IMG/VR virus record: IMGVR_UViG_3300032770_000015
Span: 24,563 to 88,562 of that record
Reading direction: 5' to 3' (one strand)
DNA: 64,000 bases
Origin: a virus
In this document: in pieces, positions 10,008 through 20,175 of the stretch
How the letters are laid out: the number at the start of each line of letters is the position of its first letter
Position numbering within the stretch: position 1 is the stretch's first letter
Position numbers and translations under genes: made by a program
Notes under the pieces: model-generated
Databases searched by the model: none
What the model was told of the DNA's origin: nothing
Seen by the model: only the letters and a program-made list of their open reading frames with translations

Positions 10008-10547
10008 TCAGCCACCCGTGAACGGTGCGGTGTCGCGCACCCGGTTGAACTCGATGACCAGCGCCCCGGCGACGGTCGCGTCACCGACGGATTCGCGCGC
10101 GGGGATGTAGCTCATGCTCGTCAGGGTCAGGATCGCGATGCTGTTGCGCACCGGGGTCTTCTGCCCGCCAGCGTAGAACATCGCCGCGATGGCCCGCACA
10201 GCGGCGCGCATCGTGTAGTCGGCGTCGGCCGCGCCGCGCACGTGGTCCTGGTTACTGACGATGTAGCGCAGCGTCACGAAGACCGACCGCGTGGTCTCGC
10301 GGTACGTCCCGGCGAGGTACTGCCCCGTGGTCGTGATCGTGCCGTCCAGCATCACGTAGATCGCCGGTAGCTTCGGGGGCGGCAGCCGCTCAATCACGAA
10401 GTCGTCGTTCGTCTCGTCGTAGATGTTCACGTTCGGCGGCATCGCATCGTCGGCGTCGCGCGGCACGCCGGGGAGCTGCGCGTTCACCCCGGTCGTCGGA
10501 TCGTTCAGGGCATCGGTTACGAGCCGCACGACCTCGAGCCGCATCAT
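10008..10547 (-). CDS. Tail terminator-like protein
   Basis: 179 aa with LPAIYV motif. Synteny. Confidence 0.5.
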   Translation of the reverse strand: MMRLEVVRLVTDALNDPTTGVNAQLPGVPRDADDAMPPNVNIYDETNDDFVIERLPPPKLPAIYVMLDGTITTTGQYLAGTYRETTRSVFVTLRYIVSNQDHVRGAADADYTMRAAVRAIAAMFYAGGQKTPVRNSIAILTLTSMSYIPARESVGDATVAGALVIEFNRVRDTAPFTGG

Positions 10548-11005
10548 TACCAGATCTCCCGCGTGTTGAACGACGCCAGCCAGCGATCCCAGTTGAGCGG
10601 GAACGGGTCATTGGCGTCGGGCCGATACGTCGTTGTCGCGGCCTGCTGCCCGGCCGCCGTCTGCACCAGGGGGTCCTTATGCTGCTGCGCGAGGCGCCAC
10701 TCGATCACGGTCGCGATGGTGCGCTTCATCGCCAGCTTCAGCGCCGGGTCGCAGGTCGGATCGGCCGCGTCGAGCGTATACCCGCGCAGGAAGACCCAGC
10801 GATTGCTACCCGTTTCGATCTGCGTTGCCGCCCGGTACGGCGAGGCATACCAGCCGCGCAGCAGCGGGTCCACGGCGGTCGTGTAGTACTCGATGACGTC
10901 GGCCTCGACCTGCGGCGCCAGCGTCTCCAGGTCCTCGCTCTCGCGGGACTTCTTACGCAGCAGCGCCAGATCGTTGTCGTCCGTCCAGTCAAAGTACGGA
11001 GCCAC
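10547..11005 (-). CDS. Head-tail adaptor/connector-like protein
   Basis: 152 aa downstream of capsid, with GGGAGG RBS. Confidence 0.5.
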   Translation of the reverse strand: MAPYFDWTDDNDLALLRKKSRESEDLETLAPQVEADVIEYYTTAVDPLLRGWYASPYRAATQIETGSNRWVFLRGYTLDAADPTCDPALKLAMKRTIATVIEWRLAQQHKDPLVQTAAGQQAATTTYRPDANDPFPLNWDRWLASFNTREIW

Positions 11006-11091
11006 CGCGCCTCCCTATGTTCAAACGGCCCGGCCAAGGTGGAGTCACCCAGCCGGGCCGTCGAATCGTACGTGCTTCGGGGAGCACCCCG

Positions 11092-11307
11092 TTACTCGTG
11101 TGTCTCTGCCTCGTCCGTCGCCGCTTCCGCCGCGGCAGGAGCCGCGTCCAGCGCCTCGTGCAGCGCGGGATTGAACGTCCGGTCGTCCACGACGACCGGC
11201 TTTCCAGTCGCCTTGTCCCGCACGGTGTACGTTGGGATGTCGGCGCCGACCATCGCGACGGCGTTCGTGAACTCTGCCAGCTCCATGTTGATCGCCACGG
11301 CGTGCAT
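11092..11307 (-). CDS. Small hypothetical protein
   Basis: 71 aa with GAGGAG RBS, downstream of capsid. Confidence 0.55.
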   Translation of the reverse strand: MHAVAINMELAEFTNAVAMVGADIPTYTVRDKATGKPVVVDDRTFNPALHEALDAAPAAAEAATDEAETHE

Positions 11308-11339
11308 TCTCCTCTGGCTACGGTGACGACCCCGCCGCG

Positions 11340-11370
11340 GCGGGCGCCCACAGGCTACGGGGCGCCCGCC
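11340..11370 (-). terminator. Stem-loop downstream of major capsid gene
   Basis: GCGGGCGCCC/GGGCGCCCGC 10-bp inverted repeat. No clear U-tract. Confidence 0.4.
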
Positions 11371-11379
11371 ACGCTAGGA

Positions 11380-12531
11380 TCAGATCTGGATGCGGACCGC
11401 GAGGTTCGGGTCCTTGGTCTTCACGCCCCAGAGGCCGTCCACCGTCCAGAAGGTGGCGCCGCTGCCGCCCGAACCCCAGATGCGGGCGCGGAGCGTCAGG
11501 CCGGTGATCTCGTCGCGCACGGTGGCCGACAGGATGCCCGGGCCGGGGTCTTCCAGCGGCTGCATGACCAGCGCGAAGGCGTCGCGGTGGAACGCGAGGC
11601 CCATGCTGGTGCAGGTCGTCTGGTTGAAGCTGAGGGACGTGCCGTCCGCCGTGGTCTTCGCCACGTTCGGCGAAACCGGGACGGTGCAGCCGGTCGAGCC
11701 CATCGCCGTGGTCGTGGTGACCGCGTACAGCTGGGAGTCGCCCGTGATCGTGATGACGGTGCCGCGGTTCAGGTTGCCCGACCCGCCGGACCCACTGATG
11801 ATGATCTGCGACGCCCCGGCGACCGCGCCCGCCGTGCCCGTGACCGGCGAGGTCAGGGCGGCGGAACCGGACGTGAACGTGGTGGCGTTCTGGTTCGCGA
11901 AGATCGCGAAGCCGAACTTGTTGCCCAGCACGCCGTCGCGCTGGAAGCGAGCATCGTCACCGGCCGTGTTGGCCATGATAAACGTCTGCTGCTTCTCGTA
12001 CCGGTTCGCCAGCACGCCGTCCACCATGTAGGCGTAGTCGGCCGAGTTGACGATGGGCGCCTTCGAGTTGAAGAGCGTCTGCCGGATGTTCGCGAAGTCG
12101 TTGATCGGCGTCGAAGCGTCGGCCGACACGATCCACGGGATCTCCAGCGACAGCGCGGCGATGGACTGGTCCACCGCGTCCGCGATGCTGATGGCGACCG
12201 GCGTGATGTGCTCGGTGATGAACCGCTCCGGCGACAGGGTGCGCTCCTTGTCCGTCAGCCGGAAGCCCTGCCCCTGCCACTGGTTGATCACCAGGTTGGA
12301 GTAGGTCGGGCTCACGTCGGCGATGGACGCCTCCGCGATGGGCATGCTCGTCGCCGAGAACGTCTGCGGCCGACGGAGCTGGATGGTACTGCCCTTGGTC
12401 GAGGCCTTGTCCTGCTCGAGGCTCCGATCCACGAAGAACGCGAGGCCGAGGCGCTTGTACAGAATGCGCAGGGCCGCGTTCGCGTAGAAGTACGGGTCAT
12501 AGGCCAGACCCGCGGTCAACAGGTTCGACAC
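11380..12531 (-). CDS. Major capsid protein (P22 coat protein-like, HK97 fold, with insertion domain)
   Basis: GSTIQLRRP, LAFHRDAFALV..PL and D.LWGVKT.DP.LAVRI motifs of the P22 gp5-like family. Confidence 0.88.
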   Translation of the reverse strand: MSNLLTAGLAYDPYFYANAALRILYKRLGLAFFVDRSLEQDKASTKGSTIQLRRPQTFSATSMPIAEASIADVSPTYSNLVINQWQGQGFRLTDKERTLSPERFITEHITPVAISIADAVDQSIAALSLEIPWIVSADASTPINDFANIRQTLFNSKAPIVNSADYAYMVDGVLANRYEKQQTFIMANTAGDDARFQRDGVLGNKFGFAIFANQNATTFTSGSAALTSPVTGTAGAVAGASQIIISGSGGSGNLNRGTVITITGDSQLYAVTTTTAMGSTGCTVPVSPNVAKTTADGTSLSFNQTTCTSMGLAFHRDAFALVMQPLEDPGPGILSATVRDEITGLTLRARIWGSGGSGATFWTVDGLWGVKTKDPNLAVRIQI

Positions 12532-12622
12532 GGTGGCGCTCCTTCGAGAGTGGTATGCGGCGACGCTACCGGATACGTGGGGTCATCGAGCAGCGCCGCC
12601 GCGCTATCGCTCGGTGTCCCGA

Positions 12623-13540
12623 TCAGTACGGCTGTTCGGCCCGCTTGGTCTTGACAACGCCGCCCTGCTTCGCGGCCTGCGCCGCCGCGGCCTCGTACGT
12701 CGCGTGGTCGGCAGCTTCCTCGGGTGTCAGCCAGATGTCCTTGCCCGACCCGACCCCGACCGGCTGCTGACCGCCCAGGCCCGGACCCGCCTGCCCCTGC
12801 GGGTCAATGAAGTCGCTGTTGCCCTTGTCCGACGCCCAGAGCCGCACGAACTCGTCCACGTTCATGTGGAGCCGGTCCGCCGTCGGCGTCGGGGCCATCT
12901 TGAAGCCGTTCCCCTCGCGGACGAACCACGATTCCTTCTCGTCATCGTAGCCGAACGCGGGCTCGAGCATCGACACGATGGGCGCCGGGGTATCGCTGTT
13001 CAGCGCCCCGAGCAGGGGCTTCTTCACCCCGGCCGACGCCGCCGCCGATAGGATCTGCGACCGCAGCATCCCACGGGTCAGGACGGTGATGCGCGCCGAC
13101 GCCTTCGCCAGCTTCTTGTCGCGCGGCTCGATCTCGGCGGCCTTCACCTCGCCGAGCACCTGCGCGCGAATCCGCTGTGCCTCCGCTGCGACCTGTTCCG
13201 GGGTCGGGGCGCCCGCGCCGGGCTTCACGCCCAAGCGGTCGAGCACCCGGGCCTTCGCCTCGGGGTTCGCCGTCAGCGTCTGGAGGTGCACCACGTCGGG
13301 GTCCACCGCGGCCAGACGTTCGACGTACTTGGCCCGGGCCTCGGGAGGTGCCTTTTCCAGATCCTCCGGCTTGTACGATCCCTCGGTGATCGACTTGACA
13401 CGCCGATCCAGCTCTGCGTTGAACGCGGTCTTCGGCATGAACAGCTCGTTCACCTGCGATTCCAGCATCACGCCCGGAACTTCGACCTCGCGCTCTCCGA
13501 TTCCCTCGCCGAGGTTCAGCTTCATCTTCACAGCAGGCAT
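12623..13540 (-). CDS. Capsid scaffolding protein
   Basis: 305 aa charged helical protein with Gly-rich C-terminal linker, between portal and capsid. Confidence 0.65.
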   Translation of the reverse strand: MPAVKMKLNLGEGIGEREVEVPGVMLESQVNELFMPKTAFNAELDRRVKSITEGSYKPEDLEKAPPEARAKYVERLAAVDPDVVHLQTLTANPEAKARVLDRLGVKPGAGAPTPEQVAAEAQRIRAQVLGEVKAAEIEPRDKKLAKASARITVLTRGMLRSQILSAAASAGVKKPLLGALNSDTPAPIVSMLEPAFGYDDEKESWFVREGNGFKMAPTPTADRLHMNVDEFVRLWASDKGNSDFIDPQGQAGPGLGGQQPVGVGSGKDIWLTPEEAADHATYEAAAAQAAKQGGVVKTKRAEQPY

Positions 13541-13741
13541 CAGCAGCTCCCGTGTTTGTAACGCGGCGGGGTCACCGCGTTAGCCTCACCCGAATGGCGC
13601 GTGAACAAGCCGATAGGCCCGGGTGGAGGGGGTCCATCGCGCCAGCAGCACTCGTCGGAACTGAAGGGGAAACCTGCCCCGGCGGGACGGACCGCGGGGT
13701 GGCTGCTACAATATACGGCCTATCGCATTGTGCGGCAGATC

Positions 13742-15556
13742 TTACTGCCGCGGCTGGCCGAGCCCCGCGGGCATGTCCGGGGGCGGATTTACCGGGGGTG
13801 GACCGGCCGGAAGCTTCGTCGGTGACCCGAACGTGGTAGCGCCCGCCCCGCCGCCGGGCGCGGGGGCCGCCTTCGGGGTCGGGGGCGGCATCTTCTTGGC
13901 GATCTCGAGCGCCGCGGCGCGCAGCTTCGCGATCAGCGGCGTATCCTCCGCAACCGTATCGGGTTCCGTGTCATCCTTATCGTCCGGGTCCACATACCCC
14001 GACGCGATCATGTACCGCACGGCGGCGTCGGCCCGGGCCTCAGGCGGGATCGGCAGCCCCTCGGTCAGCTGCAGGCTCGCGGTCAGCTGCTGCACGTCTA
14101 CGGCCGCCTCCAGCTCATCCTCGTCTACGGGAAGTCCGTCCCAGACGGCGATCTGCCGGGCCGCCTCGAGTAGAGCCGAACGCCCGGCCGGAACCGGCGT
14201 GGCGTTGCCGAAGTAGCGCTGCTTCAGGCGCTCGATGGTCCAGTTGATGTCGAACGGGATGAAGTCGTCGGACCGCTCGACCTTGGCCTCGAACCACTTG
14301 GCCGTATCGTTCGGGAACAGCGTCTGCTCGAGCCGCCAGAGCGCCTGGTTCTCCGCGTCGTCCACGGCGGCCTTCAGCATCGTCAGGAACGCGCCGACGC
14401 CCCCGGCCACGTCCTGGCGGACCTCTTCAGCGGTCTTCCGCGACGCGGCCTCGCCATATTCGCGGAACCCGGCGCGCCAGAAGTTGGTGACCTTCTCCTT
14501 CAGCACATCGGTCAGGATCGTCGCGGGCGCGGCCGACGGTGCGATGAAGTGGTGCGCCTGCGTCGAGCCCGCCTGGTTCGGCAGGGCGCGGGCACCGACC
14601 TTCAGCATATCGGTCACCTTCTTGAACGTCGCGTCGTTGCCGATCACGTTCAGGAGCGCGAACGACGCCGCCCGCAGCCCGGCGTCGCGCGTGGACTCCA
14701 TGTTGAAGATCGCGTTCGCCTTCCGCGCCAGGATGTAGCCCACGGGGCGCGGGAGCGCCAGCGAAATCGGGAACAGCGGCAGCGTCGGGTTGCCGTTGTG
14801 ATCCTTGTACCGATACGTCCCGACGGCGCCGGGACCGGTCAGCGGAACCACCTTGGCATCGGTCTGCCCCTGCTGCGCCTTCTCCTGCCGGTAACGCTGC
14901 CACCCGGCCGTCGTGAACCGAATGAACTGCGGCTCCGGGTCGCCACCGTCCTCGATGGAGGCGCGCACGTCCACGTCCTCCATCACCAGGGCCTCGACCA
15001 GCACGCCGTTCACGTACCGCCAGTTGGTCACGGCCTCGGCCGGAATGACCCGGATGCGCGGCGATCCGGGCACGTTGCCGTCCACGATGACCCAGGCCTT
15101 GTGGATCGCCGTCAAATCAATCGCCAGGCGGCGCCACAGCGTCTCGTACCCGTGGCCGAGCCCGTCGGCGTCGAGGCCCAGCTTCCCGATGGGTGTGTTC
15201 CGGTCCTCGGGATCGCCGAGCGCGCCCCAGCGCTTCGTCGCGTCGGCCTCGCCCTGGAACAGCATCCCGACGAGCGAGTCCACGACGGTCGAAAAGTGCG
15301 GCGTGTAGTCCGCCAGCGTCATCCGCTCGATGAACGCCTCGGGCGTCTCGCCCAGGTACTTCTGGACGAGGTAGTGCGCGATCTTATACGGGAGCAGGAC
15401 CTCGCCCGTGTAGTGATCGCGCGCGTACACCCACATGTCGTGGTTGACGCGATACTCGGCGTGCTTGTATTCGAGCCACGTCGTCGGCTTGTAGAGGCCC
15501 GGCAGGGCCTCGGTCATCGCCGCGACGGCAGCGCTTAGCGGATACGGGTACAGCAT
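13742..15556 (-). CDS. Portal protein
   Basis: 604 aa. YLVQKYLGETPEAFIER, HFSTVVDSLVG.LF, LDADGLG and KTAEE motifs. Pro-rich tail. Synteny. Confidence 0.85.
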   Translation of the reverse strand: MLYPYPLSAAVAAMTEALPGLYKPTTWLEYKHAEYRVNHDMWVYARDHYTGEVLLPYKIAHYLVQKYLGETPEAFIERMTLADYTPHFSTVVDSLVGMLFQGEADATKRWGALGDPEDRNTPIGKLGLDADGLGHGYETLWRRLAIDLTAIHKAWVIVDGNVPGSPRIRVIPAEAVTNWRYVNGVLVEALVMEDVDVRASIEDGGDPEPQFIRFTTAGWQRYRQEKAQQGQTDAKVVPLTGPGAVGTYRYKDHNGNPTLPLFPISLALPRPVGYILARKANAIFNMESTRDAGLRAASFALLNVIGNDATFKKVTDMLKVGARALPNQAGSTQAHHFIAPSAAPATILTDVLKEKVTNFWRAGFREYGEAASRKTAEEVRQDVAGGVGAFLTMLKAAVDDAENQALWRLEQTLFPNDTAKWFEAKVERSDDFIPFDINWTIERLKQRYFGNATPVPAGRSALLEAARQIAVWDGLPVDEDELEAAVDVQQLTASLQLTEGLPIPPEARADAAVRYMIASGYVDPDDKDDTEPDTVAEDTPLIAKLRAAALEIAKKMPPPTPKAAPAPGGGAGATTFGSPTKLPAGPPPVNPPPDMPAGLGQPRQ

Positions 15557-15566
15557 ACGGCCTCCG

Positions 15567-15902
15567 TTATGCGATCTGGATCAGCACGGTGTCTTCGTTC
15601 GGGAACGTCTGCACCTGACCGTTGAAGTACGTCACCGTGTACTCCAGCTTGTAGATCCCGGGCGTGTCTGTCTCGCCTGCCGCCCAGACGTGCCGGACGA
15701 CCCCGGCGGTCGCGGGCGCGTCAACCGTGCACGCTAGGGTCACGGTCTTCTTCACCGACGCACTGAGCGCCGACTGCTGCACCAGCGTCATCGTCGCCGT
15801 CACCGACGCATTGGTCAGGTTCTGCGCCCCCGCGGCATTCATCAGGGTCGCAACGAGGTCGGGCGACGTGTCCCCGACGCGAATGCTGATCTGCGTAGCC
15901 AT
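15567..15902 (-). CDS. BppU N-terminal-like Ig-fold structural protein
   Basis: IRVGDTSP.L.ATL ... G.V...W..G.TDTPG.Y..E..VT......TFP pattern. Confidence 0.6.
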   Translation of the reverse strand: MATQISIRVGDTSPDLVATLMNAAGAQNLTNASVTATMTLVQQSALSASVKKTVTLACTVDAPATAGVVRHVWAAGETDTPGIYKLEYTVTYFNGQVQTFPNEDTVLIQIA

Positions 15903-15917
15903 CCGACACCCCTTCGG

Positions 15918-18707
15918 TCAATCGGCAAGATCCACGGTCGCCACCACCGCGGTCAACGCGGCACGGGCCACGGGTACGGTCAACCCGACCTTTGCAACGG
16001 GCGGGGTCAATGCGACGCGCGCGGCGGGCGGGGTCAGCGCGACCTCGGCGACGGGCGCCGTCAGCGCGGTGCGCGTCGCCAACCCGGTCGGAATCGCGCC
16101 CCAGATGAGCGTCGCGGTGCCGGTCACGGTCACGACGGCCCCCGGCGCAGGCCACACGACCAACGGTACAACATACGCGAACTCAGCGTCGTTGACCCCA
16201 CTTACGCTGACAGTCGCCCCGGTCGCGGGCAGGCGCCGCTTCACGATCAGGGCGGCCGATCCGCCCGTGACGGTGATCGCCGCCCCGGTGGTCCCGACCA
16301 CAACGACGGCGCCCGCATCGCTCGCGGTCGCCACGCTGACGGTGGCCCCGGTCGCGGCGAGGCGGCGGCTGAAGTGGAAGATCGCCGACCCGCCCGTAAC
16401 CCCGACCGCGGCCCCGGTCGTACCGGCCAGCACCACGGTGCCAGTCGCGGGCGCCGCGACAGCTACCGCGGCGCCAGTCGCGGGCAGGCGCCGCGCAGCG
16501 ACGAGCGCCGCCGACCCGCCCGTGATCCCGACCGCGGCGCCGGTGAACGCCCAGATGTGCAGGTGCCAGAAGCTGGCGTCGTTCGCCGCCGTGATCGTGA
16601 CGGTCGCGCCGGTCGCCGCGAGGTGCCGCACCGGGACGACGAGCGCGGCGTCGTTCGTGACCGCGACGGTGACCGTCGCGCCGGTCGCGGCGAGGCGGTG
16701 GCTGATGATGAAGGTGGCCGATCCGCCGGTCACGGCGACCGCGGCGCCCGTGCTCGCCCGGAAGTACTGGTGCGCGAGATAGGCGTCGTTCGTCGTCGTA
16801 ACCGCGACGGTCGCCCCCGCGGCCCCGACAAGCGTGATGACCCCGGCCCCGCCAGACGTAACCGCGACGGTCGCCCCCGCGGCCCCGACGAGCGCGACGA
16901 CCCCGGCCCCGCCGGGCGTAACGGCGACGACCCCGCCGGTCGCGGCGAGGCGATGCGCGATGATGAACGCGGCCGACCCGCCCGTGACGGCGACGGTCGC
17001 GCCGGTCGCGGCGATCCCGACTACGGTCCCGGCCCCGCCGGGCGTGACAGCAACGGTCGCGCCGGTCGCGGGCAGGCGCCGGGCGGCGACGAGCGCCGCG
17101 TCCGACGCGGTAGTGACCGCTACCGTGGCGGTTTCGGCATCCCAGTAGACCGTCCCGCCACCGCCGCCGGTCACGTACGTCATCACGGCGTCGTTCGTCG
17201 TCGTGACCGCGACGGTCGCGCCGGTCGCAGCGAGGCAGTGCGCGATGATGAACGCGGCCGACCCACCCGTGACGGCGACGGTCGCACCGGTCGCGGGCAA
17301 GCGCCGGGCGGCGACGAGCGCCGCATCAGCTGCGGTGGTAACGGTGACGGTCGCGCCGGTCGCGGCGAGCACGTACGGGCTGGCATTCGTGTTGAACCCG
17401 TCCACGTACGCGACGGAGTTGACACCCGTGCCCGTATCATCGTCCTCGAACCAGGCCTTGACCGCCGTCGCCGGAACGTTCGGTTCGGCTGAGCGCAGGA
17501 TCGTCGCGCGGTTCGTCCACGTGCCGGGCACGTTACCCGTCGCGTTCGGCGCCGTGTCGAAGTACCACGTCGTCGCGTCGCACCGCACGCGCAGCCACGC
17601 GTGCTGGGACGCGCTATACGCCGCGCTCCAAATGTTACCGGACGCTGAGCCCCACACCTGCAACGTGCTGGCACCTGCCGGGATCGTGAACCCGACGTAG
17701 TATGTCAACGTCGTGTCTTCGATCAAAAAGTCAAATTCGCCGATCCCCGGCCAACACTTCGCATATGCGGACGACCCCGTTATGTCCCACGTGGCCGACG
17801 TGCCGATCCCGCCGTGGTACCCCGAGCTCGTACCGCTCTGCAGGATCAGGCGGTTGCTCAAGATGCCGCTCGACCCGCCGCCGGTCGAGCTATCAACCCA
17901 CCCGGTCGGGAGCGTCGAGCCATCGGCCAGGTCGAACGAGGTCTGCAGCGAGGACATCTTCTGCAGGTACGTCAGCACGGCGTCGTTCGTCGTCGTCACG
18001 GCCACCGTGGCGCCCGTGCAGCCCGGGGCGTACACGGCGTAGTACGTCAGGATAACCTGACCGATTGCCCCCGCGCCGCCGCGGCGGCTCGTATTGCTAC
18101 CCGATCCCGCACCGGCGCCGCCGCCACCCGGCTGCACACCTGCGTTGCCGCTTCCGTTCGCAACGCTGTTACCGCCCGACCCGCCGCCCGCCTGCCCGAC
18201 GCCGCCGCTATTCCCCGACGCCGAGTTCCCCGTCGCGTTGTTCGAGCCACCGGCGCCGCCGCCGCCCGCGACGTTCGCGTTCGTCCCGCTCGCGCCCGCG
18301 CCACCAGCGTAGTAGACGGCGTTCGCGTTGTTCGTCCCGGCCGTCCCGCCCGCGCCGCCCGAGTTGTTGCCGAGCTTACCGGCGTTAACCGTGTACCCGG
18401 CCTGGTTGTTATTCCAGCCCGAGTTCGTGCCGTTCGCGCCGTTCGCGTTCGCGTTCGCGCCCGCCGCGCCCCCGGCGCCGACCCAGAGGTTGTAGGTCGT
18501 CCCGGCCGTGATCGCGAGGTTTGCCCACTTCGCGTATGCGCCGCCGCCACCGCCCGACCCGCCGAGCGACGTGTTGTTGTTGCGGCTCGACCCGGACGCG
18601 CCTCCGGCCCGGGCCTCGACGGTGATGGTGTTGTTGTTCTGCGTTCCACCCGAGGGGGCCGTCCAGCTCTGATTGCCGGAGCTATTGAAATAGACGACCG
18701 ACGGCAT
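15918..18707 (-). CDS. Glycine-rich, repeat-containing fibre/decoration protein
   Basis: 929 aa. Gly-rich N-terminal domain, lectin-like middle domain, then many (A)ATGATVAVT repeats. Confidence 0.7.
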   Translation of the reverse strand: MPSVVYFNSSGNQSWTAPSGGTQNNNTITVEARAGGASGSSRNNNTSLGGSGGGGGAYAKWANLAITAGTTYNLWVGAGGAAGANANANGANGTNSGWNNNQAGYTVNAGKLGNNSGGAGGTAGTNNANAVYYAGGAGASGTNANVAGGGGAGGSNNATGNSASGNSGGVGQAGGGSGGNSVANGSGNAGVQPGGGGAGAGSGSNTSRRGGAGAIGQVILTYYAVYAPGCTGATVAVTTTNDAVLTYLQKMSSLQTSFDLADGSTLPTGWVDSSTGGGSSGILSNRLILQSGTSSGYHGGIGTSATWDITGSSAYAKCWPGIGEFDFLIEDTTLTYYVGFTIPAGASTLQVWGSASGNIWSAAYSASQHAWLRVRCDATTWYFDTAPNATGNVPGTWTNRATILRSAEPNVPATAVKAWFEDDDTGTGVNSVAYVDGFNTNASPYVLAATGATVTVTTAADAALVAARRLPATGATVAVTGGSAAFIIAHCLAATGATVAVTTTNDAVMTYVTGGGGGTVYWDAETATVAVTTASDAALVAARRLPATGATVAVTPGGAGTVVGIAATGATVAVTGGSAAFIIAHRLAATGGVVAVTPGGAGVVALVGAAGATVAVTSGGAGVITLVGAAGATVAVTTTNDAYLAHQYFRASTGAAVAVTGGSATFIISHRLAATGATVTVAVTNDAALVVPVRHLAATGATVTITAANDASFWHLHIWAFTGAAVGITGGSAALVAARRLPATGAAVAVAAPATGTVVLAGTTGAAVGVTGGSAIFHFSRRLAATGATVSVATASDAGAVVVVGTTGAAITVTGGSAALIVKRRLPATGATVSVSGVNDAEFAYVVPLVVWPAPGAVVTVTGTATLIWGAIPTGLATRTALTAPVAEVALTPPAARVALTPPVAKVGLTVPVARAALTAVVATVDLAD

Positions 18708-18710
18708 ACG

Positions 18711-19457
18711 TTAGACCGCGTACTTCTCCAGCCGCCACTGCTTCAGCATCTTCCGCAGCGCCGCGAGCTTGTCGGCGAGTGGCAGCGTGTACACGTGGAA
18801 GAAGAAACCCGAGTTCTCGAGGCCGAGCTTCTTCTGCAGCTCGAAGAGCGTTGTGAACTTCAACCCGAACCGCGCGATGTTCCGCGACAGCAGATAGTCG
18901 GTGATCAGGTGCTGCGCCGTGATCACGGGCGGCCAGAAACCGTTTTCCTTCCCGTCGTCCGTGTACTTGATGTCCCCGGCGATCTCGCGCACGGTCGGCG
19001 TGATGCGGCTCACGATCTCGGCCTGCGTCAGCTCGGGCTCGGGCGGCGTCCAGAGGTCGCGGCACCAGCGCGAAGCGAGCGCCAGCCAGTTGCACGAGCC
19101 GATGTTCCGCCCGTCGCGCAGAAAGTACTCATCGTACCGCCACCGGATCGGCGCGAAGTCCGACCCGTTGTGCGCCACGGTGTCCATCGGCAGGAACGAT
19201 GTGAAGTCCAACGTCTCGGGATGGATCAGCGCGTCCGAGTCGATGTACATGGCCCAGTCGTCGTCGTGCGCCTGCGCCAGGTTATAGATCTGCAGCTTCT
19301 CGAGCTCCACGTCCCACTTCGGGTACCGGCGCGTGTCGATGATCCGAAACGTCGCGCCCATCTTCCGCGCGTACAGGCGCATGAACGGGTACGTAATCGC
19401 CGTGATCTCCGGCGCATAGTTGCCAATGTTCAGCGTGTACAGGGACTTCCGCGTCAT
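18711..19457 (-). CDS. Glycosyltransferase-like protein (GT-A fold)
   Basis: EKLQIY...WAMYIDSDALI contains a DxD motif. YARKMGATFRII resembles a GT-A N-terminus. Confidence 0.6.
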   Translation of the reverse strand: MTRKSLYTLNIGNYAPEITAITYPFMRLYARKMGATFRIIDTRRYPKWDVELEKLQIYNLAQAHDDDWAMYIDSDALIHPETLDFTSFLPMDTVAHNGSDFAPIRWRYDEYFLRDGRNIGSCNWLALASRWCRDLWTPPEPELTQAEIVSRITPTVREIAGDIKYTDDGKENGFWPPVITAQHLITDYLLSRNIARFGLKFTTLFELQKKLGLENSGFFFHVYTLPLADKLAALRKMLKQWRLEKYAV

Positions 19458-19675
19458 TTCTCCCCCGCAGGACGAGTCACATCAGCGTCGAACCGATACA
19501 CCCCATCGCCCTCGTGCACGTACCGGAGCCAGCGGTCACCCACGCAAAACACACCGGCCACCGGCCAGAGTGTACGAACGTACTGGCCGGTGGCCGCATT
19601 GACAACGTGGTGCGCAGGCACCGGTACCTGCAGGCCGTCACCCGGCCCGCCGGTCAACCGCGCCGCATCGCTCAT
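19454..19675 (-). CDS. Hypothetical protein
   Basis: MSDAARLTGGPGDG..., coupled to neighbours by TGATG and ATGA overlaps. Confidence 0.55.
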   Translation of the reverse strand: MSDAARLTGGPGDGLQVPVPAHHVVNAATGQYVRTLWPVAGVFCVGDRWLRYVHEGDGVYRFDADVTRPAGEK

Positions 19676-20163
19676 CAGCTGACCGACATGATCGGCGTCG
19701 TCGAGTCCCAGTTGTTCCCGCCCGTGTCCTTCCCGATCTTCAGCGCCTCGCCGTCGTTCAGCGTGATCGCTGAACCGTAATCCCACCAGCCGATCACGGG
19801 GCGCGTCGAGGTCGAGCCGGTCGTCGTGTTGTACAGGACGGCGTACCGGAACGGCCCGATGGTTCCGCCCGACGCGGTGAATGTCACGGCGTTGCCGGTC
19901 AGCTTCCCGGTGCCCGACGTCTGCGAGTAGGCGTTCGACCCGACCGCGGCGCCGCCCTTCGTGTAGCCGTTCCCGGCCGCGATCTCGGCCGCGTTCGATG
20001 TGGACTTCACGGTGCAGGTGCCCGTGGTCGTGTCCACGACGGTGTCGGCCAGGTTCGGCGCCGTGTTCGTCAGCAGGATGTACAGGGCGTTCGAGTTCAG
20101 GTTGTGGTTCGCCTGCCCGAGGTCCTGGACAAACTGGTAGAACTTCGTGAGCGAGACAGCCAT
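19675..20163 (-). CDS. Conserved phage structural protein
   Basis: LTNTAP, EIAAGNGYTKGG, FTASGGTIGPFRYAVLYN, IGWWDYGSAITL pattern common in phage virion modules. Confidence 0.65.
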   Translation of the reverse strand: MAVSLTKFYQFVQDLGQANHNLNSNALYILLTNTAPNLADTVVDTTTGTCTVKSTSNAAEIAAGNGYTKGGAAVGSNAYSQTSGTGKLTGNAVTFTASGGTIGPFRYAVLYNTTTGSTSTRPVIGWWDYGSAITLNDGEALKIGKDTGGNNWDSTTPIMSVS

Positions 20164-20175
20164 CGGTCTCTCCGG

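Noticed and set aside
13545-13740. Riboswitch or ncRNA between portal and scaffold
   Set aside because: Only a short hairpin, a 9-bp inverted repeat and a possible -10 (TATATT on minus). No recognisable family, so insufficient support.
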